Shown in pieces: positions 26,601 through 42,097 of a stretch of DNA of 64,000 nt. The stretch's first letter is position 1; the number at the start of each line of letters is the position of its first letter. The position numbers were made by a program, and so were the translations under genes. The DNA is from Octopus sinensis (taxonomy: Eukaryota), in NCBI RefSeq assembly GCF_006345805.1, contig NC_043009.1, positions 2,356,001 through 2,420,000 on the forward strand. The letters are read 5' to 3'. The notes under the pieces were generated by a model. The model ran no database searches and had not been told where the DNA came from. It worked only from the letters and a program-made list of their open reading frames with translations.

Positions 26601-27377
26601 TAGAAGGTATCATTTCGGGCTAATAGAAAAAATACCCGGCTATGTATAGAAATATGTATTGAGGCCACCTTCCGTCAGAAGATATAAATCCAGACATTTC
26701 TCTATAAGATTAGCAAAATGTGACAATTGACAATAAACCGGATTAGTTGTTATGTCTTCCTTGCATCTTCCTACAAAAAAAGCGTTACAAAGGTTCTGCA
26801 ATACTGCTGGAAGTTAATAGGGAGTTTACTGTGTATTTTAATAGCGATACTAATGAGTTTAGTAGACACAACAGTCAGCGCTTTGTAGGGATTAATCATC
26901 AATTTTTCAAGGCAGATAAAAAATCGAATCAGCATTTTTAGTATACTCCCTTACTCGATATCTTTGTGAGAGCAATCGATATGCGTGAATCGAATGAATA
27001 GATGACGCATCATCATCTATATGTAGTAACAATGCGCGTAGAGAAAAAATATATTTTGCATGATACTAGGGAAGTCCTAAACTATTTTATTTACGTTTGC
27101 TTGAAGATTAAAACTAGAGAAAAAATTCATACTCCTTAAAGTTAGAAAATAAGCAAGAGAAAATAAGTTAAGTCGCTAAGAATTTATTTCTTAGATTTAC
27201 TTTATTAGAAACTTTTTATAGCTCACTAACGATATTCTGGTTTATTTATCTCCGAGATAAACAGAAGACACAAGAATTTGCTGAATTAAAAGTAAAAGAA
27301 ATGAAATTTTATTATGCGCAGGAATTGTTTTAGAGATACGAAAGTCTAACGCCTTTGGGGCAAATTATATGAAATAA

Positions 27378-27750
27378 AGTAGCTTGCTTACAAACCACAT
27401 GGTTCCGTATTCAGTCCTACTGCGTGGCACCATGGGCAAGTGTCTTGTACTATAGCACCTGGCCGACCAAAGCCTTTTGAGTGGATTTGGTAGACGGAAA
27501 CTGAAAGAAGCCCATTGTATATATATATATGTATATGTGTGTATATGCTTGTGTGTCTATATTTTTCACCCTAGCATTGCTTGACCACCGATGGTGGTGG
27601 GTTTACGTCCCCGTAAAGTAGCGGTTCGCAAAAGAGACCGATAGAATAAGTACTAGGCTTACAATGAATAAGTCCCGGGGTCGAGTTGCTCGACTAAATG
27701 CGGTGATCCAGCATGGCCGCACTCAAATGAGTGAAACAAGTAAAAGAGTT
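27378..27750 (+). mobile_element. SINE family A, near full length
   Basis: gtagcttgcttacaaaccacatggttcc...gtggatttggtagacggaaactgaaagaagccc...gatagaataagtactaggcttac...gaaacaagtaaaagag. Confidence 0.85.
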
Positions 27751-28574
27751 TGCATTACATACTATTATAAAAGGTATAAATGACAAGGTTTAAGATTAAA
27801 TTCCTAAAAAGTTACACACTGTGCCAAATTCACATTAACTGGGCGGTTTCAGAACTAAATGTATACGTATATTCATAAATACAGTGAAGTAAGAAATATG
27901 AGATTGTATGATGTACATTTTACATTTAGCGGCATGCTGTATTGACTTCTTCAAGTATCTTTTTCCGTATCAAATGTAAACTGTAATTGTAGTTTTACGT
28001 AAAAGAAAACTGACAGAAATTACATATGAATATAACTTCCAAAATAGTTTAACAATATATTTTGTAAAGCACAGAGTACACCCTACGTGAGACAAAGTGT
28101 ATCAGTGACGCAGAACACCGTTCAGGTATAATATTAGCACCATTGCAGGAAGGTTTGAGAAACTAATGCATTTTGTAGTGTGCATGTTGGAGGAAGTATG
28201 CATGCGTTTGCGTATGTATGCGTGTTCATGTGTGTATATATGTGTAAGTATTGGCTTGGTGTATAATTACTGCGGTTTATTGTTTCAGCAATTTTATTCA
28301 ACAAAAACAATAACAACATGTAACAAAAACATCTTTAAATGATTATTCCAGAGCATATTCACCATCTACTTCAATTACTACTTCCCATTTGCTTAGCACA
28401 CAGTACGACCGTCATTTCAAGGTGTATTTTTTTCAATATTTCTATAATTTTTGGTGAATAAAATTTGTTGAAAAAAAGCCGCAAAAATTATGCACCGACC
28501 CAACGTATATGTATGTGTGTGTGTTTGTGCATATAGATATATGTATGCAATACAGTATATATAACATTATCTGG

Positions 28575-28639
<65 letters not shown>

Positions 28640-28649
28640 CATATATTAC

Positions 28650-28997
28650 TACGGCACTCTGGCAGTTACGACGACGAGTGTTCCAGTCGATCCAATCAAC
28701 AGAACATCCTACACGTCAAATTAACGTGCAAGTGGCTGAGAATTCCACAGACACGTCTACCCTTAACGTAGTTCTCGGTGAGAGTCAGCGTGGCCCTTTG
28801 AAACACAGCAGGAAGAAAGAGTGAGAGAAAGTTGTGGTGAAAGAGTACAGCAGGGTTCGCCACCACCCATTGCTGGAGCTTCGTCGAGCTTTAAGTGTTT
28901 TCGCACAATAAACACTCACCACGCCCGGTCTGGGAATCGAAATGGCAATCCTATGACTGCGAGTTCACTGCCCTAACCACTGGGCCATTGCATCTTC
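28650..28997 (-). mobile_element. SINE sharing the family C head/core but with a different 3' part
   Basis: Head caatggcccagtggttagggcag...tcgattcccagaccgggcg and core gaaagagtgagagaaagttgtggtgaaagagtacagcaggg as in family C; 3' half unrelated to that of 21622-21938. Confidence 0.75.
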
Positions 28998-29744
28998 ACA
29001 CACACACACGCGCATCCACACACGCACATTCGTGTATATCAGGGCTGCACCTAGACTATGAGCACGGTCATTGCTTTAATGCTCTTTTAAACCTGAACTG
29101 CACGATGTGGCTTTTCGGTCCTGACATGCCCCTACATTCTCCGCCACGTGTATGACAACGATGGCCGCTTCTTTCAGTCGAGTTTTCAGGCCTTACTCTC
29201 CACGCTGTCACATGACTTGATTCATTGAGTGTTGTTTCTTCCTCGGCGACGGCCTAGTGTAGTGTGCAACGCATGATACAGGTGTTAACGGAGATAATAA
29301 AATTTCAATTGATGGCTGTACCTGAATGTCATAAAATTGAGAATCCTTATCGCACAAAATAAAAAAAAATCACCCTCTAAACATTGTATGCCTTTGTCCA
29401 AGAAGAAATAGTCAACATGCTTGGGTACCTCAATTAAAAACGCTTTTAAAATTTTATGCGAATTGTTATTGATGAAAGCATAAATTGTTTCTTCTTTACT
29501 CTAATAAATTGATGTGCTGGATTTAGATTATTTTGCTGTCTCGAAATCAACCTCCTCGAATTTATTAAACTCACTTATTTTCATGAAAGGAATTCCGAGC
29601 AAATCTCTATATTATTAAGCATATTACTAAAAAGACACTTAATAGTTTAAAATTTTCTTAAACAAGGAGATAAGAAATTTTCATGTTAATCTGTACATCG
29701 AACACTTTCAAATAAATAGACATATGAAGATACCTACATTCCTC

Positions 29745-29795
<51 letters not shown>

Positions 29796-29804
<9 letters not shown>

Positions 29805-30158
29805 CGACCCCCTTCAGTCATGGCTCACCATGGGATTACATCTAGAAGGCTACCCTTCGGGGCACAAGTCTGGGCAATGTTGTTTATGGAAGACCAGCAG
29901 TCGCCTATGCATGCCAACCTCCCCTCTCAACGCCAGCGATGTTATCCAAAGGAAAGGCAAAAGTCGAGACAGAATGGCACCAGTGACGTTGCAGCTCATC
30001 TATTAACGTGCATCCTTAACGTAGTTCCGGGCAGATTCAGCGTGATACAGAGTACGACACGGCTGGCCCTTTGAAGTACAGGTACAACAGAAACAGGTAA
30101 AAAGAGTGAGAGAAAGTTGTGGTGAAAGAGTACAGCAGGGTTCACCACCACCCCCTGC
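29796..30158 (-). mobile_element. Chimeric or juxtaposed SINE: family C core plus RTE-type tail
   Basis: Core at 30090-30158 as in 28810-28870; ends ccatggtgagccatgactgaagggggtcgc(aac)n. Confidence 0.65.
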
Positions 30159-30821
30159 CTCCATCTTCATCTATCTATCTACTTACTATCGCTAGTAGGG
30201 GCAGCGAACGCCTAGTATCCTCCAGAAGGTGACATGATCGCGGGTCTGGCCCAGTTTCGAGCTAGTTATCTCATATCAGCCGCACGCACCTGCGCAGTGG
30301 AGTGATAGCTAAGATCCGCTTCTTCCAGCGATATATTGTAAACAATGACGGAAAGAAGAGGATAAGAGAATAAAAGATTGTATATACGGTGAGCTTCTCT
30401 CACCTTTTGTGCACGAAATCCACTTACGAAGCTTTGGTGGGGCTGAAACTATAGATGAAGACACTTTCCAAAGTTTCAACGTTGTGGGACTGAACACGAA
30501 ACCATGTTATTGTGGCGCAAAATTACCATTACCTTTAGAGATACTAATAATCTGTTGTTGCAACGTAATATACTGGCTGCGAAGGTGATTTAGGCGGCTG
30601 CAAAAGGACTCGGCTCTAAGTGCATTGCTTCCCATAGTAGAAACATCTGTTACGTAATCAAATTGATTATGTAACTCCTCTCCTTTTGGCATTTAATACA
30701 TACAAACGTAAGTGCATACATACACACACACATATATATATATATAACTATACACACATATATACACACAGATATACAGACACATACACACACACTCATA
30801 TATATCTATTATATATATATA

Positions 30822-30887
<66 letters not shown>

Positions 30888-30945
30888 ATATATATTTACA
30901 TATATATATATATATATATAGATATTACATGTATATATACTACAT

Positions 30946-30989
<44 letters not shown>

Positions 30990-32074
30990 ATACATATATA
31001 GATATAATATCTATATATATATATACATATATATATATACACATCTGTGCGTGTCTATGTATACACGTAGCTAGGTGAGATGTAGTTAAAAGATCAGTCG
31101 GTAGGTCGATAGAGAGACAGATATGTAAAAAGTATGCAACTGAGACAAAAGTAACTAGAAATATAAAGTTCGTTTATATCTGCTGACTCTGTATTTGTGT
31201 GCCAGTATCCTATTTATTTCATTGCATTTTCCTCTGAATATCTGTTTGTGCTGTTTGTGCGTCAAAAAGTATTTTGTTTTATTTTTGCTGTGTCATTAGA
31301 TTTTCCTTTCTGCTGGATATCATCGAATATAAACAGAAGATAGTCACTCAGTAAGGTCTCACTGTACGTCGGAAGCAAGGGTAAAGTAAATTTCTGCTAT
31401 TCTAATCACAAGCGTTGCTACATAAAATAGAGCCTCAGAACGTATATGTTGAACATCAAACGATCACGAAATTAGTTGTTTCATCTCACCTATTATTTGA
31501 TGTGTCGTTCATATTCAGGAGTCGATCATTTTCGTCGTAACTGCGCACATGTACAAGCACGCAACTTCACGCATGCGCTCGACGCTTTCATAGAAAAACA
31601 CACACCCGAAACCAAACATTAGCGCAAAAAAACGAAGAGTGAGAGGGAGTAAATATATATATATATATGTACATGTAAGTGTGTGTGTGTGTCTGTGTGC
31701 AAGCGTATATTCATACACACATACGCACAGAGGCTAACGCACGTACACACGCGCCCATATACGTAAGAGGCAACAAATCCACAGATATACAGGTAAATGC
31801 GTATTTATGAGAGAAATATATATATATATATACATTTATATATATATTGACTTATACATATGTGTATATATACATGTGTATATATAAATGCTTGTGTGTG
31901 CATGAGTGAGTATGTGTGCGTGTGTGTGAGTGTATCTGTATGTGTATGAGTGTTTGTGTGCGCGCGCATGTTTTTGTAATCTGTCTCAACAATACAGACA
32001 CCAGGATATCATATAGTGTACATTGGACTGTCATGGTTTCTTTTCATCACAGATGAAATAGCTGACGTAGGTGA

Positions 32075-32107
<33 letters not shown>

Positions 32108-32307
32108 TGTATGTATGTATGTATGTATGTATGTATGTATGTATGTATATATTTATATATATTGGTATGCATGCATGAATGTATGTATTTATGCAATATA
32201 TATAAATATATATACTTTTATGAACTTATGTTGCAAGTTTCCTGATGTGAAGTCGTGGTTTCAAACAGATATTGTTGCATTTCGAGATGTTTCTTTTTCT
32301 TTGCCTA

Positions 32308-32561
32308 GCACTATATATTCGTTTTTCACTCGTTTATTACTGTTCTTATTCTCCGAAAATCTTTCGTCACGCATGTATGACCTCCTCGACGACACTTTCC
32401 ACCTTCGTGTGTGGTCTTGCTCTGCTTATTCCATTCGGTTCTTCTAGAAGAAGAAAATGCCATTGAAGAAGTCGCAGATGTGTGACGAAAGATTTCCTGA
32501 GAATTGACAAGAGTTAGTATAAGAACAGCGAATAAATGAGAGAAGAACGAATATTTAGTGC
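32308..32561. repeat. Diverged inverted repeat (arms about 32308-32406 and 32447-32561)
   Basis: gcactatatattcgtttttcactcgtttattactgttcttat...atctttcgtcacgcat vs atgtgtgacgaaagatt...taagaacagcgaataaatgagagaagaacgaatatttagtgc. Confidence 0.8.
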
Positions 32562-32678
32562 GTGTTTCTATTTGGCAAAGAAAAGACCATCTCGAAATAC
32601 AATATATACCATATATAAGACATATACCCGATAACAATCATGAATGCCACAAAAGAAATAATCATAATAATAATAATA

Positions 32679-32723
<45 letters not shown>

Positions 32724-32760
32724 TAATAACAATAACAATAACAACAACGACAACAATAAC

Positions 32761-32801
<41 letters not shown>

Positions 32802-32806
32802 TAACA

Positions 32807-33617
<811 letters not shown>

Positions 33618-33871
33618 AAGAAGAAGAAGAAGAATGATTATAATAATAAAATCATTTGGCTTATTGTACCTTATGGTAGAGAAATAAAGGCAAATCTTAT
33701 CAAAATAATCCGTTCCGTATTAGATAAACAGTTCACTTCTAGAAAATATAGCTCCATATAATAATAATTTAATAAGGATCGGATTTTTCTATTACTATAA
33801 ACTTATTTAGACATATATCATCTTCAAATAATATTAAACTTGATGAGTATTATAAAAATAGAAGCATTCCT

Positions 33872-34620
33872 CTCCAACTTGTTTGGCATCCTTTCTGTCT
33901 CGGGAGACAATGGAGTTGCGCATTTTTTTTTTTCTAGGTCTAGTCCGGCTGTTATATTTTATTTCCTGTTACATTTCTTGTTGTGGCTGTGTAGTCCTAT
34001 CCTGGACAAACACTCCCTCTGGCAGGTACTGCAAATGTAGCGAAGACTGTTCCTGGCTGGTTGTAGTGCCATGGTCTCTTGTTTATGTCTCTTCCTTTCT
34101 TTCCATTTCTCCTCTGTCTTTCTGTCACTCCTCTGTATACCCTCTTTTACTGTACGTCGCCATTCTCCACGGTTGCCGGCGACTGCCTCCCAACCGCTAA
34201 TGTTGATGTTGCAGGCCTTCATATCCCTTTTGCAAACATCCTTGTAACGTAAGATCGGTCTACCCACAGACCTAGTACCCCTAGCAAGCTCTCCGTAGAG
34301 TATGTCCTTGGGGATTCTGCCATCTTTCATACGGCTAACATGCCCAAGCCATCTCATACGTCTTTGTGTGAGGAGTGCAAACATGCTTGGTATTCCTGCT
34401 TGCCTGAGGACATCTTTGTTGGGGATATGATTCTGCCATTTGATGTGGAGGATTTTTCGGAGGCAGCGCAGGTGAAAGATGTTTAGGCGACGCTCTTGGC
34501 GTGTGTATAGCGTCCAGGTCTCGCTTCCATACAGTAGAGTGCTGAGTACACATGCCTGGTAGATCTTCATTTTTGTGGTCTTGGTCAGCTTATTGTTGTC
34601 CCAAGCCCGTTTGGAACACA
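33872..34620 (-). mobile_element. RTE (BovB-like) LINE, 5'-truncated: ORF C-terminus and 3' UTR
   Basis: TK.KIYQACVLSTLLYGSETWT...RLN.FH.RCLRKIL.IKWQ..IPN..VL..AG..S....L..RR.RWLGHV.RM...RIPK.ILYGEL..G.R..GRP.LRYKD..KRD and a C-terminal C..C...GL.SH motif; frame open for about 660 nt; 3' hairpin tgtct-cccg-agaca. Confidence 0.95.
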
Positions 34621-35282
34621 AATACTACTAATACTACTAATACTACACAAATACTACTAAAACTGACACTACTATTATAAATAGACGAGAGGGGAGCGCT
34701 AATACCGACACAGGCGATAATGATGTAAATGCTTTATATGATTGTAGAATTAAGACAAATTTTAAATTGAACAATTATTGTAAAAAATCTGGTATACCAA
34801 GCACAGTTGAATCTCAAGGTAAATATTTCTACGTGTTACGTGAAATATCGTATCACGAACCATGAAGCCCCAGTTCTCAGATATTAATAAACGTGATAGC
34901 ACAGGTCTTAGCTAATTTATCTGGAAACATACAAATAGTAATAAAACCTATAAAATTCGATAAAAAGTTCAAAATAAAGATCTACTCTATAAACCAACAG
35001 CCGAGACATATTCGCTCTGCCTACATAAAACGTACCATATCCGATTCTATAAAACAGAAACTGCCTTGCATATAATCACAATACCAAATTACTGTTTGTA
35101 TATATACATAACCTATTCAGTTGGTGAAAAGAATGCTTCCTAATCACATACTCATGTGTATATAATATTTATTCTCCACATAATTCGTCTGTATTCAACA
35201 GCATCCGAAACTATATTATTTATTTACTCTTAACCTCTATGTAATACTATCAAATTCAATTTTTTTACTCTCTTCCTCTGTC

Positions 35283-35330
<48 letters not shown>

Positions 35331-36089
35331 CGTTGAAATAATAAATTATAAATTAGTTTTCAGTAGCATTTTCTATACTCCATCACTTAAACGTTTTGAT
35401 ATTTAGGACACACATATAATCCACATTTTAGATAATCGATAATAGTATAATTATTTAGTGAAACAGTCATTTTATAAACCGCATTTAATACCAATATATA
35501 AGTAAAAATTTAATAAATTGATCTCTTCATCTTGTAATTATACCATTCAATAATTTACCTTAAACCTTATTATTAATATATAATACCTATATGATTGTTA
35601 AATAGAATATACATACAATTACCATTAAGCAAATCCCAAATTTATATATTTTCAATACATCCTCTATTTCACATGAATGCTGTTTATTGAATATTTTATT
35701 TTTTATTTCATAAAATCATATAATCCAGCATTAAGACTGTTGATACTTTTAATATATTTTAATATATATAAATATGAAACTTAAAACTACACGTGCATAT
35801 TTATATCGATATTAACCCTAAATCTTATAGATATATATCTCTAGTATAACAATGATATTTTTGCATTATTATTTAAAAAACCCAACATGCTTAACCATGT
35901 GAACAAAGGGAGATTACTAGTCAATCACTTTTTGAGCTAGAGAAATAATACTATAACACCTAGTTTTTAATTTCTCTCGAGTACAATATAGTTTTTTATA
36001 TACCTATTATTTTTTACATACTTAATATTGTTTCTTAGAACACCGGAAATTATATCCTAACCTATTTAATCCCAAATAATGCCAGTGAT

Positions 36090-36422
36090 ATAATTTTTCT
36101 CTGTAGTACTTCTAAAAAACATTATCGTAGTAGAATATAAACAAACTTTTCATGCCTTCTTTATTAACATTTCTGAATCCAATTCCTTGTATATTACACT
36201 CCTCATGATGAGATATATTTATTCCATATTTCCCCCATAAACTTTTATAAATATAAATATATTTCTCTGTCGTGCTTCTAAAAAGCATTAACGTAGTATA
36301 ACATAAACAAACTTTTCTACTCTTCTTTATTAATATTTATCAATCAAATTCTTTCTATATTACACCCATCAGGATAAGTTGCATTTGTCTTTCTGCCATC
36401 TTCGTCCCATAAACGTTTATAA
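36090..36422. repeat. Diverged tandem duplication, period about 168 bp
   Basis: ttctctgtagtacttctaaaaaacattatcgtagtagaatataaacaaactttt vs ttctctgtcgtgcttctaaaaagcattaacgtagtataacataaacaaactttt. Confidence 0.8.
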
Positions 36423-36932
36423 CTATATTATAAATATAATTAGAATTTTAATTATAAATATAGTATTCAAATGCATTTGATGCTTTAGCAACATTTCTAC
36501 GTTCAAAATTAGCTAAATATTAGCTATCAAATTCTAATCTCATGAATTCCAGGTCCTAATAAGTTGTTGTTTACATTTGAAAATTTCGAAACATTCCTCA
36601 AACAAGATATTTCGTATTTCAAGATCGGAAAATATACTTTTCCCTGAAAATACCCGGCAATATTTGGTTTATTACTTCTATAACATAATGTTGATAATTC
36701 AAGCATACTGTCGGATTGAGACATGTGTAGGATTTTTTCCGATATCTTTTGTTTGTTTTGCTGATCTGGCTTTTTCATACTTATTCTTATAGGTATCTCT
36801 TTTACTTTGCATTACTTTTCCATTGTGATGCAAATAAAATGAACCAAGCGTCTATTATATGTTTCTTCTCCATTTTCTTCTATTAACTTTATACATACAT
36901 ACATATAAATATACCTATATACATATATATAC

Positions 36933-36963
<31 letters not shown>

Positions 36964-37214
36964 CATATATATATATATTCATATATATACATATATATAT
37001 ATCCATATATATACATATATATATGTACATATATATATACTTACATATGTACACATATATACAGATATATATATATATATACATATATATACACATATAT
37101 ATATACAGATATATATATATATATATATATATAATAAATATTAGGGAATAAATCCAAATTTACAGGGAAAAAATCAGATTTAGGATTAAATCCAATTTTA
37201 TAGTAAAATATTAT

Positions 37215-37575
<361 letters not shown>

Positions 37576-37619
37576 ATATATGATGAGAGAGAGAGAGACG
37601 TTCACATACACACGTACAG

Positions 37620-37651
<32 letters not shown>

Positions 37652-37732
37652 TCATGTCCGCGCACATATTTTGGTGCTTACTAGTTACTGTTAATAAAGC
37701 GATTTGGCAGACAAATAATATTCCATATACAG

Positions 37733-38050
37733 CGGTCATGGAATGGATTTCTTTGAGTGGTCATGGGAATCATAATCATGTCAAGAAAACCAAGGAGAAG
37801 GCAAAGTGTGAGATTAAGTGAGGCAGATCATCTCTTCTTTTTACGAAGCACCTAGAATACAACGTGCTGTGTTTCATTCTGTCTTTCATTATCTCGGCCC
37901 ATGACCAAAACTTGAAATAAATGAAGAGCGACGACAGAGTGAGACATCTATGATAATCTTGAAAACACTTGATGATCAGATAACGGAATCCGTTGATTCT
38001 AGATCTAAACAGCACGGCCTCTTGGTCAATGTGTCCGTTGTGGTGCCTTA
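37733..38050 (+). mobile_element. Possible hAT transposase relic
   Basis: Broken translation ..ILKTLDDQITESVDSRSKQHGLLVNVSVVVP resembles the hAT C-terminal 'LD..I.S+..RF.Q' segment; multiple stops. Confidence 0.3.
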
Positions 38051-38239
38051 GCAAAATTGTTCTTTCTGCGCTTGTGTGTATATTTTCTTTCTAATTACAC
38101 CAAAAGTTAATAGGAGAATGCACTAGATTGATCAACAGAAATTAAGTATTACGATGCTACATGCTACTTCTTATTACTATATTCTTCCAGTGTTACAGTG
38201 TGTCCACTATGATTGAGAATAGGGTTAGGGAGAAATGAT

Positions 38240-38640
38240 AGAAACATGGTTCAGGGTTCAGACCCACTACGTGGCACCTTGTGCAACTGTCTCCTAGTAT
38301 AGCCTTGGGCCGACCAAAGCTTTGAGAGTGGATTTGGTAGACGGAAACTGACAGAAGCCCGTCGTATATATATATATATATTTATATATATGTGTGTGTG
38401 TGTGTGTATGTGTGTGTGTGTGCGTATGTTTGCGTGTCTGTGTTCGCCTCCCCAACATCGCTTGACAAGCGATGCCGGTGTGTTTACGTCCTCGTTACTT
38501 AGCGGTTCAGCAAAAGAGACCGATAGAATAAGTACTAGGCTTACAAAGAATATGTCCTGGGGTCGATTTGCTCGACTAAAGGCGTTGCACCAGCATGGCC
38601 ACAGTCAAATGACTGAAACAAGTAAGAGAGTAAAGAGAGT
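38240..38640 (+). mobile_element. SINE family A, near full length
   Basis: Same blocks as 27378-27750. Confidence 0.85.
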
Positions 38641-39884
38641 AGTGTACTAATTTTATAACCTGTGACATGTAACATTTAATCTCGATATATTTGAAACTAG
38701 GAACAAATTATGATGTACATTCTTGAATAGAAATGTTGTATTGTAACATGATTATAGAAAAAAATATCTGCAGCTGAATGTTGAGTTTACATTGAAATAT
38801 TATTTTGTTCAAAACAAAACCAGGCAATGTGAAACAGATACCAAAACATTTTTCTTAGATTATGTTCAGACTTATAAAACAATTTCAATAATTGTCGTTG
38901 TAAATATAGCATGGGTGTGAATGAACATCACAACAAGCCAATTTATTGTATCATACAATGAATTTTGTGTTGAGTTAAATCAAATAAATTATATTGATTG
39001 ATTTGCTATATGACTAAATATTTAGAAACGAAACAGAAATAGCTACGGTGTTCATAATATTCGCATGTGTAATCTAAATTGCTTTCCTCCTGCATGTATC
39101 AAAGACATCTTGTGCGCTAGAATCGAGAAGAGACTTCTGCTCGAACTATACGGCCTTTGCTAACATGTGGATATTAATTTAATACGTTTGCTGTTCTTTG
39201 TCTTCATTTCTATTGGCAGTTTACAGTGAAAGACAGACGATGTCTTACTGCATTTAATGATACCTTTAGGTGTTGAGATTCGCTGAGATGACGGCAGAGA
39301 AATAATGGAACACCGAATATCTTTATAAACATCACTGTTTCAAAATCATTCTGAAATACAATGATGCACAATAGAAACAATGACTATCTGTGGTTGAATT
39401 CCACATTAACCATTACTCAATATGCCAAACGTGGTTTACAATATAATACAGTTGAGAGATAAATGCAATCTACACGAGAGAAAACTGAATATTTGACCCA
39501 TGGCAAAGGTATTACCGGTCAGAACACAATGTCAAGAATAAAAGTATTATAAGAAAGAATGGAGAACCAAGAATATTAAAGGATAACATTCTGTAATTAA
39601 AATGGCCATTGGACTAGGATCAAGGATTAGATATTTTCTACCTAAACTAAAGAGAATATACAGTTTGAAAGCGGTTGACTGAAATCAATGGATCGTCTTT
39701 GAAAAGAAAACGTTTGAACGGCAGAACGAAAGAAAATAAAGCGAACAAATGGCAGATTCTTTTAACATACATGGGAACTTATGTGTGTCTCTTCATGCAA
39801 CTACTAGTAGTAGTTGTAGTAATGATAAGGATGGTAATACTACTACTACTACTACTAATAATAATAATGATTTTAAATTTTTAC

Positions 39885-40200
39885 CACAAGGGCAGCTTGT
39901 GGGAGGTGGGGATGAGTCGGTTACATCAACCCCAGTGTTCAACTGGTACATTTTTTATCGACCACCGAAGGATGAAAGGTGATGTCGAATTTGGCGGAAT
40001 TTGAAGTGAGAACGTAGACACAGGCGAAATACTGCCAGCCGGTATTTCGTCCTGCGTGTTATCGATTCTGCCAGCTCGCCGCCTGACTGCTACTAATAAA
40101 ACAAAGTCCACCTTAGCGGTATTTGAGCTCAGAACATGAAGTCGGACGAAATTACACTAAACATTTTGTCCGGTGTGTTAACGATTCTGTTACTCTCGCC
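39885..40200 (-). mobile_element. SINE family B plus a second partial head
   Basis: ccccagtgttcaactggtac...cgaaggatgaaagg...gattctgccagctcgccgcct (39885-40085); partial copy 40110-40200. Confidence 0.75.
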
Positions 40201-41400
40201 CTATGACATACATGTTGAAGTAATTAAAACTTAACGTCATATTACTCTTACAGTTTGCCACAAATATTTACATTTTGCTTCGAACAATGAATGCTGGTGC
40301 CAGACTGACGACGACAGTAAAACACTTCAAGAAAAATATGTTGACTGCTGGAATGAGCTTAACTGTTAGAATATTTCTGCCTGGTGTGATGTGTAAAAAT
40401 CGATACTAAATTTTGTTGGTGAATTTCTACAAAGTATCTATGTTTGTCTATGGAAGCAAAATAGAAGCAATCTTAGTGCGTACGGTGCTTCTCAGGAAGG
40501 GCTGGCATCTATAATGATTCTCCTGAATGAACTCAGCTAAAATACGATCGTCTTCCCGTGACTTTGATTTCTTTGACGAAACTGCGAGCATTTGCAAGAC
40601 ATTTATTGTCTTCTCTCCCGTGTCGTTTCGACTTATAGATATTTTAGTTTCTCGGTGCCACTATAAAACCCTCGGCTCCATTTCTCACCCAGTGACAGCA
40701 AGAGTAAATGATGATTGTAGTGATGACGTTACAACTTTTGCAGAAATTATCGCAATAAATTAATTACCTATCGACATGACTCTCAAGAATTGACAGAATT
40801 TATCGATCTTTCTGACAACGCATAAAATTATGGATGTTTTTGTTGCAATCAGGAAGGCCCAACACGTACACACAAGCAAAACTCTATAAAATGTAAACAT
40901 TTGGATCTTTGAAAAATAACATCGCATCCGCAGGAAAAATTGTAAAAATTCATCATGCAAAAACAGGTCTGTTCTTGATGGTCTCAGGCACCAAATAGTT
41001 CCAGTGTCACTAAGATACTCAGTACCAGATGTTTTAATTACTGCTGTGCCACTCTACAGTCAGCGCTGTGGTGCATATTGCTTGGATGCTCACCGAACAC
41101 AAGGAGACAATGCTTGAATGTTGGATACACATATATGTTAGGATTAGGTCTATATATCTCTCATAGAAAAACATCCTTCCAAAAAAGTTCATGCCAGCAT
41201 TACGTATGTCTGCTGTCATTAGAAGCACTGGAATAGAGAAATGCATGCGACACACGCAATATTCGTGAACAGCGAAACACTCACTGATACATGATCTGGT
41301 TCGATGGGTTCTCCGACATAGATATAGAGCCAAGATAAAAGAATACTTACATCCCTCATCTCTGTATTGGATGCAAATTGTTTTCCTGCTGACCTTCCAG

Positions 41401-41437
41401 ATGTTATGAACTAATCAACGGCACAACAAGCAAGGAA
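41401..41437 (+). CDS. Candidate exon (xCYELINGTTSKE)
   Basis: Acceptor ttttcctgctgaccttccag, donor GTACGT; phase 2-0. Confidence 0.3.
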
Positions 41438-42097
41438 GTACGTGTGGATTCTACATAAAATCATTATTGAATGCATTCAAAGATAAGACCTGCAGCTGAA
41501 TGGGGATCATTAACTTAACAAATGCCCAGTCATTGCAGGTATTGCTCGATTGTTTAAACTCCTAAAAATAACATTTTCTCTCTGATTCACAATCTATCAT
41601 AAATGATATGAAGAATACATATAACATGGTCGTCGTTAATATGAATTAAGATGCCTGGTTGCAGCTGGAACAGGTTTGAATGTATTTCCGCTGAAATTAG
41701 ATTCACCAAGTATACAAAAACAAGTAGTTGCACATTTGTTCTGTTTCGTCTCTCTACCCTTCTGCTAAATAGATCCTGGGTCATCTGCAACTTCAAGGTG
41801 CTTTCACAATGTGAAAATATCATCACTTACTCGTGATAAATATCGATAAATATATAATCAAATATAGTTGTCTGAGAAGTGAAATACATCAACTTTGAAG
41901 GTAAATGTGACTTGATTCTTTCCTTTCCGTGTCTCTGTGAAAGCAACTCTTGGCTGAAAAGAATTGAAGCGGCAAAATCTATAAACATAAAGCATGTAAA
42001 AACTCCTGGGAATTAAATCTGGACTAACTGATATACAGTACGACATTCTAAGTTATGCTAGTAACATGAGATGTCTGCCGTTTATTCTGTTTCTCAG

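Noticed and set aside
40490-40980. USP-like (MNSA...HDSQE) and MIR-like (IVKIHHAKTGLFL) snippets
   Set aside because: The intervening residues do not fit and stops intervene; probably chance
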